Assembly (NCBI GenBank): GCA_951406725.2
Contig: OX597828.1
Location: 49,228,001-49,292,000 of the forward strand
DNA length: 64,000 nucleotides
DNA from: Octopus vulgaris
Lineage: Eukaryota
Reading direction: 5' to 3'
Every line of letters begins with the position of its first letter. Position 1 is the first letter of the stretch. Under the pieces are notes generated by a model. That model did not search any database and was not told the origin of the DNA. It saw only the letters and a list, made by a program, of their open reading frames with translations. Below are positions 1-11,402 of the stretch, in pieces. The position numbers were made by a program, and so were the translations under genes.

Positions 1-48
1 ACACAAATTCACATAAAGAATCTTCCAAATCAAATCCAAAAATGAAAT
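1..48 (+). mobile_element. 3' extension of a P2 element, cut by the window edge
   Basis: acacaaattcacataaagaatcttccaaatcaaatccaaaaatgaaat matches the one-sided tails at ~21073-21120 and ~62187-62235. Confidence 0.7.
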
Positions 49-670
49 ATATTTATATATATAAAGAGAGAGAGATAGATAGATCGATAGATAGATATAT
101 ATCAGTGGCGACTCCAGCACTCAGTGTATCAATTGCAAAAGGATGAGGTAGAATTTGAACTCTAATGTTAGTTTGTTTACATCCTCATAAATTGGTGCTT
201 TGGTAAAAAAATGACTTTAAAATATGTACTGGGGGGGGGGGGGCAATCTATTTGACTAAAAAACACACCCTTCAAAAGGTGCTCCAGCATAGCCACAATC
301 CAATGAATAATATTGACTAATGCAGTTACAGAGACTCACATACAGGACTTGAAGTTTCTGTGTCAATGGTACGATAATCACCACACTTCTTCAACTGTTG
401 TAAACCCAGTGCCCTTAGCACCATCAATTACAAACATGAAAAATCATGCACTGTTGGTGGGAAGAATAAATTTCCTCTGGGCATTTGATTGTTCAGGGAG
501 AAACAACACTTCTCAGCTTGATTTCCAAAGATATTGAGGTCTAGCTTTTTTGTTGTCACACATGGTTAGTCAATATATGTGTGTGTGTGTCAGTGTGTGT
601 GAATCTGTGTGCTTACATACAAACTGACAGGCACATATAGGAAGATATAATATATAACAAATATACAGAG

Positions 671-1086
671 AGGCGTAGGAGTGGCTGTGTGGTAAGTAGT
701 TTGCTTACGAACCACATGGTTCCAGGTTCAGTCCCACTGCGTGGCACCTTGGGCAAGTGTCTTCTACTATGGCCTCGGACCGACCAAAGCCTTGTGAGTG
801 GATTTGGTAGACGGAAACTGATAAAATCCCGTCGTATATATGTATATATGCATATGTGTGTATGTGTGTGTATATGTTTGTGTGTCTGTCTTTGTCCCCC
901 CAACATCGCTTGACAACCGATGCTGGTGTGTTTATGTCCCCGTAACTTAGTGGTTCGGCAAAAGAGACCGATAGAATAAGTACTAGATTACAAAGAATAA
1001 GTCCTGGGGTCGATTTGCTTGACTAAAGGCAGTGCTCCAGCATGGCCGCAGTCAAATGACCGAAACAAGTAATAGAGTAAAAGAGT
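671..1086 (+). mobile_element. tRNA-derived SINE, family A, full length
   Basis: Pol III A-box-like tggctgtgtggt, B-box-like ggttcagtccc, caccttgggcaagtgtctt segment, internal (TA)n(TG)n tract, tail gaaacaagtaa(a/t)agag. About 15 copies in the window. Confidence 0.85.
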
Positions 1087-1501
1087 AGAGAAAGACAGAC
1101 AGATAAAATATGTGAACTTACTAGAGAAAAGTAAGTATACTTAATGTCAGTCACTATGCAAATATCATTGTATTATGTTGACAGAATAATATAGATTTAA
1201 TCTGTGAGGTTAAGTTCTAATTAGCTGTTTAATGAATCATTAATGTCAACTTAACGCAACATTAATTTTGGTTAGTACTTAGGAAACCATAATGCCGCTA
1301 GCATCAAATTTAAGAGAAATACTGATGACTATTTATCACATGGTCATTAGTTTATAACTTACTAACATACCAATTCTTTGTTTTGGACTCAGTCTACTTG
1401 GTTGATAAACAGGTTGTATGTTTATCAGGTAGAGTAACTGGCAGTAGGAAGTGCATACACCTGTGGAAGAAACAATTATTGCCAACACAATATGCACAAA
1501 T

Positions 1502-1900
1502 AGGTGCAGGAATAGCTGTGTGGTAAGTAGCTTGCTTACCAGCCACATGGTTCCGGGTTCAGTCCCACTGCGTGGCATCTTGGGCAGGTGTCTTCTACTA
1601 TAGCCTCGGGCTGACCAAAGCTTTGTGAGTGGATTTGGTAGACGGAAACTGAAAGAAGCCCATTGTATATATGTATATATACGTATATGTGTGTGTGTGT
1701 TTGTGTATCTGTGTTTGTCCCCCAACATCACTTGACAACCGATGCTGGTGTGTTTGCATCTCCGTCACTTAGTGGTGCGGCAAAAGAGATCGATAGAATA
1801 AGTACTAGGCTTACAAAGAACAAGTCCTGGGGGTCGATTTGCTCGACTAAAGGCGGTGCTACAGCATGGCCGCAGTCAAATGACTGAAACAAGTAAAAGA
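1502..1900 (+). mobile_element. SINE family A copy
   Basis: Colinear with 671-1086 end to end. Confidence 0.85.
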
Positions 1901-2224
1901 GAGAGAGAAAGAGTAAATATATGACATTGCAAATATTCCCTTTCCTTCTTCTCTTCATCCCCCTCTGCCTTCTCCTTTTCCTCCTTTTGATCAGTTAACA
2001 TTCTCTTTCCATGCTTGTATGGGTTGGACAGAATTTGACAGGAATTGATGAGTCCGAGGAATTTTTCAGGCTCCAGCACCTTCTTTGGCATGGTTTCTAC
2101 TGTTGGATGCCCTTTCTGGACACCAGCCACTCTACAGAGTAAACTGGGTGCATCTTTTTGTGGCACCAGCACTAGTGAGGTAGCCTTGTAACTTGCAATG
2201 ATTATTATTAGTATCATTATTATC

Positions 2225-2465
2225 AAAGGTGGGAAGCTGGCAGAAGCAATAGCACACTGGACGAAATGCATAGCAGCATCTCACCTGTCACTATGTTCTG
2301 AGTTCAAATTCCGCCGAGGTCAACTTTGCCTTTCATCCTTTCGGGGTCAATAAATTAAGTACCAATAAAACACTGGGGTCAATGTAATTGACTAGGCCCC
2401 TCCCAAACAATTTCAGGCCTTGTGTCTATAGTAGAAAGTATTATTAGTATTATAGATTATTATTA
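2225..2465 (+). mobile_element. SINE family B copy with (ATT)n tail
   Basis: Head aaggtgggaagctggcagaa, B-box-like gagttcaaattcc, body ctttgcctttcatcctttcggggtcaataaattaagtacc, tail ggccttgtgtctatagtagaaag(att)n. More than 30 copies or fragments in the window. Confidence 0.8.
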
Positions 2466-3613
2466 TTTTCATAAATTACTCATTTTCGCTTTTTTTTTTA
2501 AAGTACTCGGGGTTTTTTTCTTGTAGTAGCCCTTTCAGTGCCGGTGCCATGTAAAAAGCACTGGTGTTGGTACCACATAAAATGAACCGCTAGTGGTTCC
2601 ACATACAATGCACTGGTGCTGATGCCACATACAAGAGCACCCACACTCTCTGTAAAGTGGTTGGCATTAGGAAGGGCATCCAGCCATAGGAACTATAACC
2701 AAAACAGACAATTGGAGCCTGGTGCTGCTGCCATCTAGCTTGCCAAATCCTGGTGGTGGTGGTGGTGGGGGGTGATGGTGATGATGATGATGATACTATA
2801 CATGCATTTTTCTCCCCAAACTGTTAGAGAGTAAGAGAATTTTGTACTAATATCTAAACCCTTAAATTAGGGTTTCACTTTAATTGTTAGACTGTGCTTC
2901 ATTTTGAAAACAAAGGTTTTCCATTGTCTAAAACACTCAATTATTTAACTGAAAGGCATGACAGCCACAACTTCCCATTGTGAAGTGTTCAGTTATTTGA
3001 TCAATTAAACTACTAAGCAGCTCAATGAATTAGCACCAATGGCTGAGTACTCCACAGACCCTTAATGTAATTTTCAGGCAGCATCAACATGTCATAGTGA
3101 GCGTCACACAAGAATGGCCCTTTTTAAATTAGATATAATTCGACGATGGGCTTCCATGCAGTTTCCATGTACCCAATTTTAGGTACAAGGTAACAAGGTT
3201 TAACTTGAGGCTATACAAATGACACTGGGTGAAGCTACCACACAACAGAATTTAAACTGAGACTCCATGACTCCAAACTGCCTGCAACGATTAACCCTTT
3301 TCATACCAAGCCAACTAAGACCGCCACCACTGGTTCCATGATGCAAACTTCCTATTTTAAAGGGATTTAAATTAAAACCTTCCATCAATATTTTACATCA
3401 ATTTATGTTCCAAATACCAGATTAATAATCACAAAATCGTTTTATAAAATATATAAAATATTTAATAATACAAAAATGAATTGAAAGAAAGACAGTATCT
3501 CAGCAGGAATATGGCAACATAAGGTAACAACACCTATTAGACCTGCTACTTTCATATCTCTGTTTTGTCTGTCTGTCTGTCTTTTCCCCCCTGTCTCTCT
3601 CACTATTTATATA

Positions 3614-3730
3614 TGCATGCATGTATGTATGTATTTATGTATGTATGTTCGTATGTATATATATATATCTCTCTCTATCTCTCTCTCTCTATATATATAT
3701 ATCTATCTATCTGTTTGTCTATCATATCTA

Positions 3731-3765
<35 letters not shown>

Positions 3766-3794
3766 GTCTGTCTGTCTGTCTGCCTGCCTGTCTG

Positions 3795-3841
<47 letters not shown>

Positions 3842-3866
3842 GTCTGTCTATCTATCTATCTATCTG

Positions 3867-3913
<47 letters not shown>

Positions 3914-3934
3914 GTCTGTCTATCTATCTATCTG

Positions 3935-4001
<67 letters not shown>

Positions 4002-4076
4002 GTCTATCTATCTATCTATCTGTCTGTCTATCTATCTATCTGTCTGTCTATCTATCTATTTATCTATTTATCTGTC

Positions 4077-4119
<43 letters not shown>

Positions 4120-4209
4120 ATCTATCTATCTATCTATCTATCTATAAATTATTTATCAATCTATTTATGTACATATGTATATATTTATGTATGTATGTAT
4201 GTATGTAGC

Positions 4210-4255
<46 letters not shown>

Positions 4256-4290
4256 TCTCTCCCTTGCTCTCTCTCTCTCTCTACCTCTAT
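3614..4290. repeat. Compound microsatellite (TATC)n/(TGTC)n/(TATG)n/(TC)n
   Basis: Directly visible; source of the spurious SIYL-repeat ORFs. Confidence 0.97.
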
Positions 4291-4807
4291 CTCTGTCTAA
4301 ATATCTGCAACAGTTTGTCCTCTTTGTTATAACAGCCACTAATACAATTTGCCATTAAACATGCTGATAGATCATTGGCACTAATCTTCAGGTCATGCTT
4401 CACTGATCACTGCTGTTTATCTTCATGTTTCACTACACACATACATACACCCACTCATCCCCACCACACACACACACACCACCACCACAACCAGCTGCCT
4501 TTCAGGCTGCCATCTTCATCTCTGCTCCCACCCTTCCTTACTAAAAGAAAAAAACCTTGCTGTATTTCTTCCATTGTTAACGCTGATTAAATTACCTGTG
4601 TAACAAGATATTAAATGAACCTTTCACACCTGTCCCACCCAAGCTGTCACTTGTATCAGTTCCTTCATTACACCTGTGATGCCATTATATTCCTACTATT
4701 TCATTGGTGCTCTAGTCACATGACTCTTACCTAATAAGATACCAGCATACTTTGGCTATGTTCCATTTGCTACTTAACATTGATAACAAGTTTCTCTAGC
4801 AATATTT

Positions 4808-6027
4808 TAGTCTTAATACTAATGCTCTAGTCTTAATGCTAATACTTTAGTTTTAATATTGACACCTTAGTCTTAATACTAAGACGTTAGTCTTAATACT
4901 AATGCTCTAGTCTTAATGCTAATACTTTAGTTTTAATATTGACACCTTAGTCTTAATACTAAGATGTTAGTCTTAATACTAATGCTCTAGTCTTAATGCT
5001 AATACTTTAGTTTTAATATTGACACCTTAGTCTTAATACTAAGACGTTAGTCTTAATACTAATGCTCTAGTCTTAATGCTAATACTTTAGTTTTAATATT
5101 GACACCTTAGTCTTAATACTAAGACGTTAGTCTTAATACTAATGCTCTAGTCTTAATGCTAATACTTTAGTTTTAATATTGACACCTTAGTCTTAATACT
5201 AAGACGTTAGTCTTAATACTAATGTTCTAGTCTTAATGCTAATACTTTAGTTTTAATATTGACACCTTAGTCTTAATACTAATGCTCTAGTCTTAATATT
5301 GGTTTAAAATTTTGGCACAAGGCCAGCAATTTGAGGTGAGGAAGTAAATTGATTACATTGATCCCAGTGCCCAACTGGTACTTACTTTATCAACTCCAAA
5401 AGGATGAAAAGCAAAGTTGACCTTGGCAGAATTTGAACTCAGAACATAAAGACATGAAATACCACTAAGCATTTTACCAAGTGTGCTAACAATTTTACCA
5501 GCTCGCTGCCTTCTTTAGTCTTAATATTGATACCTTAGTCTTAATATTAAGACTTTTAGACTTTAGTCTTAATACTAGTACTCTTGTCTTAATGCTAATA
5601 CTTTAGTCTTAATATTGGTTTCAAATTTTGGCACAAGGCAAGCAACTTTTGGGGCAGGGGGTATGTTGATTACATTGACCCCAATGCTTAACTGGTACTA
5701 ATTTTATTGATCCCCAAAGGATCAAAGGCAAAGTCAATCTTGGCAGAATTTGAACTCAGAACACAAAAATGGACAAAATACTGCTAAGCATTTTGCCCAG
5801 CATGCTAATGATTCTGCCAGCTCACAGCCTTCTTTAAGTCTTAATATTGACACCTTAGTCTTAATATTAAAACTTAGGTCTTAATATTGATATTTTAATC
5901 TTGATGCTAATACCTGAGTATTAAAACTATTATTTTAGTCTTAATCTTAATATTATTACTTTAGTCTTAATACTGATATTTTAATTTTTAATACAGATAC
6001 TTTAATCTTAATACCAATACTTTAGTC
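4808..6027. repeat. 20-bp minisatellite arranged as an 80-bp higher-order repeat, interrupted by two SINE B copies (~5297-5512, ~5612-5832, minus strand)
   Basis: Monomers tagtcttaatactaatgctc / tagtcttaatgctaatactt / tagttttaatattgacacct / tagtcttaatactaagacgt recur in fixed order from 4808 to ~5290, then degenerate. Confidence 0.95.
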
Positions 6028-6519
6028 TGCTGTAAAACTCATGTTATCGGTTTCCTATGATTTAGAAAATATTGATTCCATCTGTTCAATATTGATGTTC
6101 AATATTACAATTTTATTAAACTCTTTCTCAGTAGTCTTTCATCAATTTATCCAGTCATAAACTTTTGGTCTCATCTGTGACACACTAAGACAAGGGTTCC
6201 TACCCTACCCAGGGGTGTGAGATGGTGTCTGAGGTGAGGTCAACAAAGAGGGGAGAAGAATGGTGGATCTCCATTGTTCAACAATGAGGACTCAGTCGTT
6301 TGGTCTATTGAATTCCCTGCTTCTGTAAGTGGCTGAGTACTCCATAGATGCATGTACCCATAATGCAATTCTCAGGCCGCATCACCATGACATTAATGTA
6401 TGAGACAACAATGGCCCTTTTCAGCTACAGGTACAATCCACTCAATGAGCTTCACTATAGTTTCCATCTGCCCAATGTCATTCACTGAGTAAGGGTTGAC
6501 GTGTGGGTTTTTTTTTGCG

Positions 6520-6815
6520 GGATCGTTACCAGCATCGCCTTACTGGCACCTGTGCCGTTGGCATGTGTAAAATGAATAAAAAAATTCGAGCGAGGTCGTT
6601 GCCAGTACCGCCTGACTGGCCCCGTGCCGGTGGCACATAAAAGCAGTCACTACACTCTCGGAGTGGTTGGGGTTAGGAAGGGCATCCACCTGTAGAAACT
6701 CTGCCAGATCAAGACTGGAGCCTGGTGCAGCCATCTGGTTCGCCAGCCCACAGTCAAACCGTCCAACCCATGCTAGCATGGAAAGCGGACGTTAAACGAT
6801 GATGATGATGATGAT
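6520..6815 (+). mobile_element. Short retroposon family C with (GAT)n tail
   Basis: gtgccggtggcac hairpin units, gagtggttggggttaggaagggcatcc segment, tail catggaaagcggacgttaaacgatgatgat. Further copies at ~7995-8295(-), 12548-12845(-), 13925-14265(+), 19815-20216(-), 23592-23781(+), 46268-46590(-), plus diverged variants. Confidence 0.8.
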
Positions 6816-6971
6816 GATTGGTATTTCTCAATCTGAGAAAGACAGTTCTGCAAATTCTTGGTGAACAAAGACCAGAGGTGATACATTTATAGCGATCAAA
6901 TATATGTGCTTTATATTAATTAGCTCACCCACCCACACCCTCACCCCCACTAATCAAATCGACATTATCTG

Positions 6972-7210
6972 TACAGGTGCATGGTGTACCCTATACAGGC
7001 GCATGGTGTGCCCTATACAGGCACATGGTGTGCCCTATACAGGCACATGGTGTGCCCTATACAGGCACATGGTGTGCTCTATACAGGCACATGGTGTGCC
7101 CTATACAGGCACATGGTGTGCCCTATACAGGCACATGGTGCGCCCTATACAGGCACATGGTGTGCCCTATGCAGGCACATGGTGTGCCCTATACAGGCAC
7201 ATGGGGTGCC
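6972..7210. repeat. 22-bp minisatellite, ~10.5 copies
   Basis: Unit tacaggcacatggtgtgcccta repeated with few substitutions. Confidence 0.95.
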
Positions 7211-7482
7211 ACGTGTCAGATTCCAAAATGATCATAGAGCAATGTGAGATGAAGGGTTGCTCCATCTGGGAACGGAACTTGCATTCTTGTAATTATAAAT
7301 GCAACACCCTAACCACTTGGTTACATGCCCTCTAGCCTTACTGTACTATGACCTCTGACCTGAGGTTATAGTAAATGACATTCACGCAAGATGCCACACG
7401 CTGGCATTGAACCTAGGATCCTGATGTTGTGAAGTGGACTTTTTAACCATTCAACCATAATGCACTTGTAGGGAAGGCATCT

Positions 7483-7915
7483 CTTTTCATCTTTTAGTTG
7501 TTTCAGTCAACAGGCTGTGGCCATGCTGGGGCACCGCCTTGAAGAATTTAAGTTGAATCAGTCAACACCAGTAGTTAATTTTTCTAAGCTTGGCACATAT
7601 TCTATTGTTGTCTTTTGCTGAACTGCTAAGTTATGGGGGACATAAACATACTGACACCAGCAGTCAAGTGGTGGTGGTGGTGGGGGAGCAAATGTAGACA
7701 CAAAGACACACACACATATACATGTATACACATACATACATATATATATATATATATGTACACACACACATACATATACAACAGTCTTCTTTCAGTTTCC
7801 TTCTACCAAATCCACTCACAAGGGTTTGGTCAACCTGAAGCTATTGCAGAAGACACTTGCTCAAGGTACCATTCAGTGGGACTGAACCTGGAACCATGTC
7901 ATTGGGAAGCAAGCC
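7483..7915 (-). mobile_element. SINE family A copy, diverged
   Basis: Reverse complement of the family A body and tail. Confidence 0.75.
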
Positions 7916-8294
7916 TATAGGTCTAGATACATATATATGTGTATGTATATATACAGGTATGTATATGTATATATAAAGACATATATATATATATCATCAT
8001 CATCATCATCGTTTAACGTCCGTTTTCCGTGCTGGCACGGGTTGGACGGTTCGACCAGGGTCTGGGAAGCCAGGAGGCTGTACCAGGCTCCAGTCTGATC
8101 TGGCAGTGTTTCTACAGCTGGATGCCCTTCCTAACGCCAACCACTCCATGAGTGTTGTGGGGAGGCTGGCAGTGTCCACGATCGGTTGGTGCTTTTTATG
8201 TGCCACCGGCACAGAAGCCATCAAGGCGGCGCTGGCATCAGCCACGTTCGGATGGTGATTTTTATGTGCCACCGGCACAGGTATCACAACTACA

Positions 8295-8325
<31 letters not shown>

Positions 8326-8342
8326 CAGTGTGTGTAAGTATA

Positions 8343-8374
<32 letters not shown>

Positions 8375-8974
8375 CCACTTTATTAAAATTGCTTTTCAGG
8401 ATTAAATTATTGACTAATTCTTAAGAATAAATTTATTCTCCTCTCCTAAACACACAAAGAGCTTTATTATTATTCTACTAAACCTGAAGAGATTTTAACC
8501 AAGACAGACGAAATATCACTAAGCATTTTGCCTGGCATTCTATAACAGTACTGCCAGCTCACCACCCTAACAACAACAACTACAATAATAACAATAATAA
8601 TAATAATAATAATAATCCTTTCTAATATTGGCACAACTTTTTTCTATAAAGGAAACAAAATCAATTTTATCAACTGATATTTTTTCTTTTATCAAACCTG
8701 GAAGGATGAAAATTTACTGCTGCCTCCTTTTATTTTCATCTTTTAACCATTATTAACCCTCTTTTATCCTGCCATACATGTAGCCTTATAGAAGGGGGGG
8801 TTTTTTGTTTTTTTTTTTTGTTTGTTTGCTTTCCTGGTTTTTGGTTAGCAGTGATGTTTTATGTCTAATTATCTTTGACTGCTGTTTAGTTATGCAAACT
8901 CCTGTTTTATCACATCACACCTCTAGCACCTCACTTTCTTCCCATCATTAAAAAAAAAATGCAATAACAATAAC

Positions 8975-9015
<41 letters not shown>

Positions 9016-9261
9016 TAATAATAATATTGATAATAATAATAATAATAAGACGAAAAAGCAGGCTTTCATCATTTCTCTTTTGACAAAATTATTTCCAGTA
9101 TTCTTTCACTGGTTGGCATCGCAGACCATTAGTGCATTCTCTATTTGGAGCCAGATTTTCGTTTGTTTTGTTTGTTTTTCTTTTTATCATACATTCCCTG
9201 CATTCCAGTTATGAAATATTGTACAGGTTCCAACAATTGGCTCACTATGAAATGTTCCGAA

Positions 9262-9297
<36 letters not shown>

Positions 9298-9519
9298 TAA
9301 TAATAACAACAACAACAGCAACAATAATAATTAATAATAATAAAAATTGTTGTTGTTATTATTATTATTTGTTTGGAATTCTATTATCATTATATATTTC
9401 CAATTAACTAAAACATTTGCTTATTAATCAGAAAATGTACAACTACGTGAAATTAAATTATAAAGGATTGCATATTCAATGAATTTCTGATGAAATCCAT
9501 TCCTATCAGTTGGTGTGCT

Positions 9520-9600
<81 letters not shown>

Positions 9601-10083
9601 ATGCAGGTTGAGATGTTAACACTTCTATTTGTTAAGTCTCGGAGATCTGAATATTGCAATCCTAGACTGAAAGTATACAATGCTGTCAGGTATGACCTTA
9701 AAGTTTGTATACTCTTGACAAACATGTATTTTTACAAATAGAGACCCCCAATATATAAGCACCATCATCGTCATCATCATCATCATTTAACATCCACTTT
9801 TCCATGCTGGCACGAGTTGGACAGTGTGACAGGAGCTGGTAAGGCTGGGAGTCGCAACCCGGTTCCATTGTTAGTCTTGGAATGGTTTCTACAACTGAAT
9901 GCTCTTCCTAATGCCAACCACTTCAGAGATGTACTGGAGGCTGTTTTTCTTTATGTGACACCAGCACCAACAGGATTACCAAGCAACTTGCAAGATAAAA
10001 ACTCAGCTGGGAGGAGGGTGGGGTAGTATTGAGGCAGTAGATGGCTTTGTGCCAGCTGAGAGATTAACGGTATAGAGGGACAA

Positions 10084-10501
10084 AAAGGTGGCGAGCTGCC
10101 AGAAACGTTAGCACGCCGGGCAAAATGCGTAGCCATATTTCGTCTGCCGTTACGTTCTGAGTTCAAATTCCGCCGAGGTCGACTTTGCCTTTCATCCTTT
10201 CAGGGTCAATAAATTAAATACCAGTTACGCACTCGGATCGATGTAATCAACTTAATCCATTTGTCTGTCCTTGCTTGTCCTTTCTGTGTTTAGCCCCTTG
10301 TGGGTAGTAAAGAAATAGGTATTTCGTCTGCCACTAAGTTCTGAGTTCAAATTCCGCCAAGGTCAACTTTGCCTTTCATCCTTTCAGGGTCGATTAAATA
10401 AGTACCAGTTATGCACTGGCGTTGATATAATTGACTTAATCCCTTTGTCTGTCCTTGTTTGTCCTCTCTGTGTTTAGCCCCTTGAGGGTAGTAAAGAAAT
10501 A
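10084..10501 (+). mobile_element. Dimeric SINE B with TSD
   Basis: Two head-to-tail B units joined at aaagaaataggtatttcgtctg; TSD GGTATAGAG(G/A)GACAA at 10069-10083 and 10502-10516. Confidence 0.85.
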
Positions 10502-11368
10502 GGTATAGAGAGACAAGCATGAACCGACAATTCCACACAGGACAATTCAGCACAAAGACAATTCTGTGCATTGTGTTTGTGTGTATATGAAATTTACTCT
10601 TTACTCTTTTTACTTGTTTCAGTCATTTGATTGTGGCCATGCTGGAGCACCGCCTGTAGTCGAGCAAATTGACCCCAGGACTAATTCTTTGTAAGCCTAG
10701 TACTTATTCCCTGAAATAGCAGAGAGGGGGATAGTTGATTGCATCAATCCCAATGTTTCACTGGTACTTAATTTATCGACCCCGAAAGGATGAAAGGCAA
10801 AGTCGACCTTGGCGGAGGTTGAACTTGGAACATAGTAGCAGACAAAATACTGCTAAGCATTTCGCCCAGCATGCTAACAATTCTGCCAGCTCACAGCCTT
10901 ATATCTCTATATAATAATAAGTATATTATATTCTGCTCAATACCACAGATTTGCTTGTCAGTTGTTTGACCTTAACCAAGTTGAGCATGTCCCTTAGTGG
11001 CTGACGATATGTGCATCTCTGATCACGAGCAGAAGTAGTGGGGAGCATCATAGCCATGTGTTGAGAGGGATTATTGGAGGTTTGGATAATTTACCTTTGG
11101 AAACATGGGTGGTTCATTCAACATCCTTAAACAACCCTTATTCAGGGACCTTTTGAGTGGGATAGGTTACTCGACCTAACTGGGCTCCACCTACAAGGTC
11201 ATGTGCTGTTTATCTTGATATGAGATCACCATGTCGCGCACATATGGTTGTGATGAATGTGCCTGGTGTACCCTTATCAGATGGGTAGTCATGATGGGTA
11301 TACTGGGCTTCGTATATTTTACCCCAGTGTCACTTTGATGGCATGCACTGCTCTCTCACTCAATAATG

Positions 11369-11402
<34 letters not shown>

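Noticed and set aside
613-913. Recurrent short ORFs (RRHLPKVPRSGTEPGTMW and relatives)
   Set aside because: Translations of SINE family A, repeated at every copy.
2045-2066. ttgatgagtccgagga, superficially like a hammerhead core (also ctgatgag at 31331)
   Set aside because: No properly closed stem II followed by GAAA.
3565-4332. ORFs of 176-255 aa rich in SIYL repeats
   Set aside because: Translations of a (TATC)n microsatellite; no coding signal.
4808-5300. CRISPR-like regular repeat
   Set aside because: No unique spacers, no cas genes, eukaryotic context; it is a tandem higher-order repeat.
6904-7335. Repetitive ORFs in three frames (HGVPYTGTWCALYRHMV)
   Set aside because: Produced by the stop-free 22-bp minisatellite.
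10928-11365. Balanced-composition segment ending in (AAT)n, possibly a retroelement 3' UTR
   Set aside because: Single copy in the window with no ORF motif or clear TSD; cannot be classified without a search.
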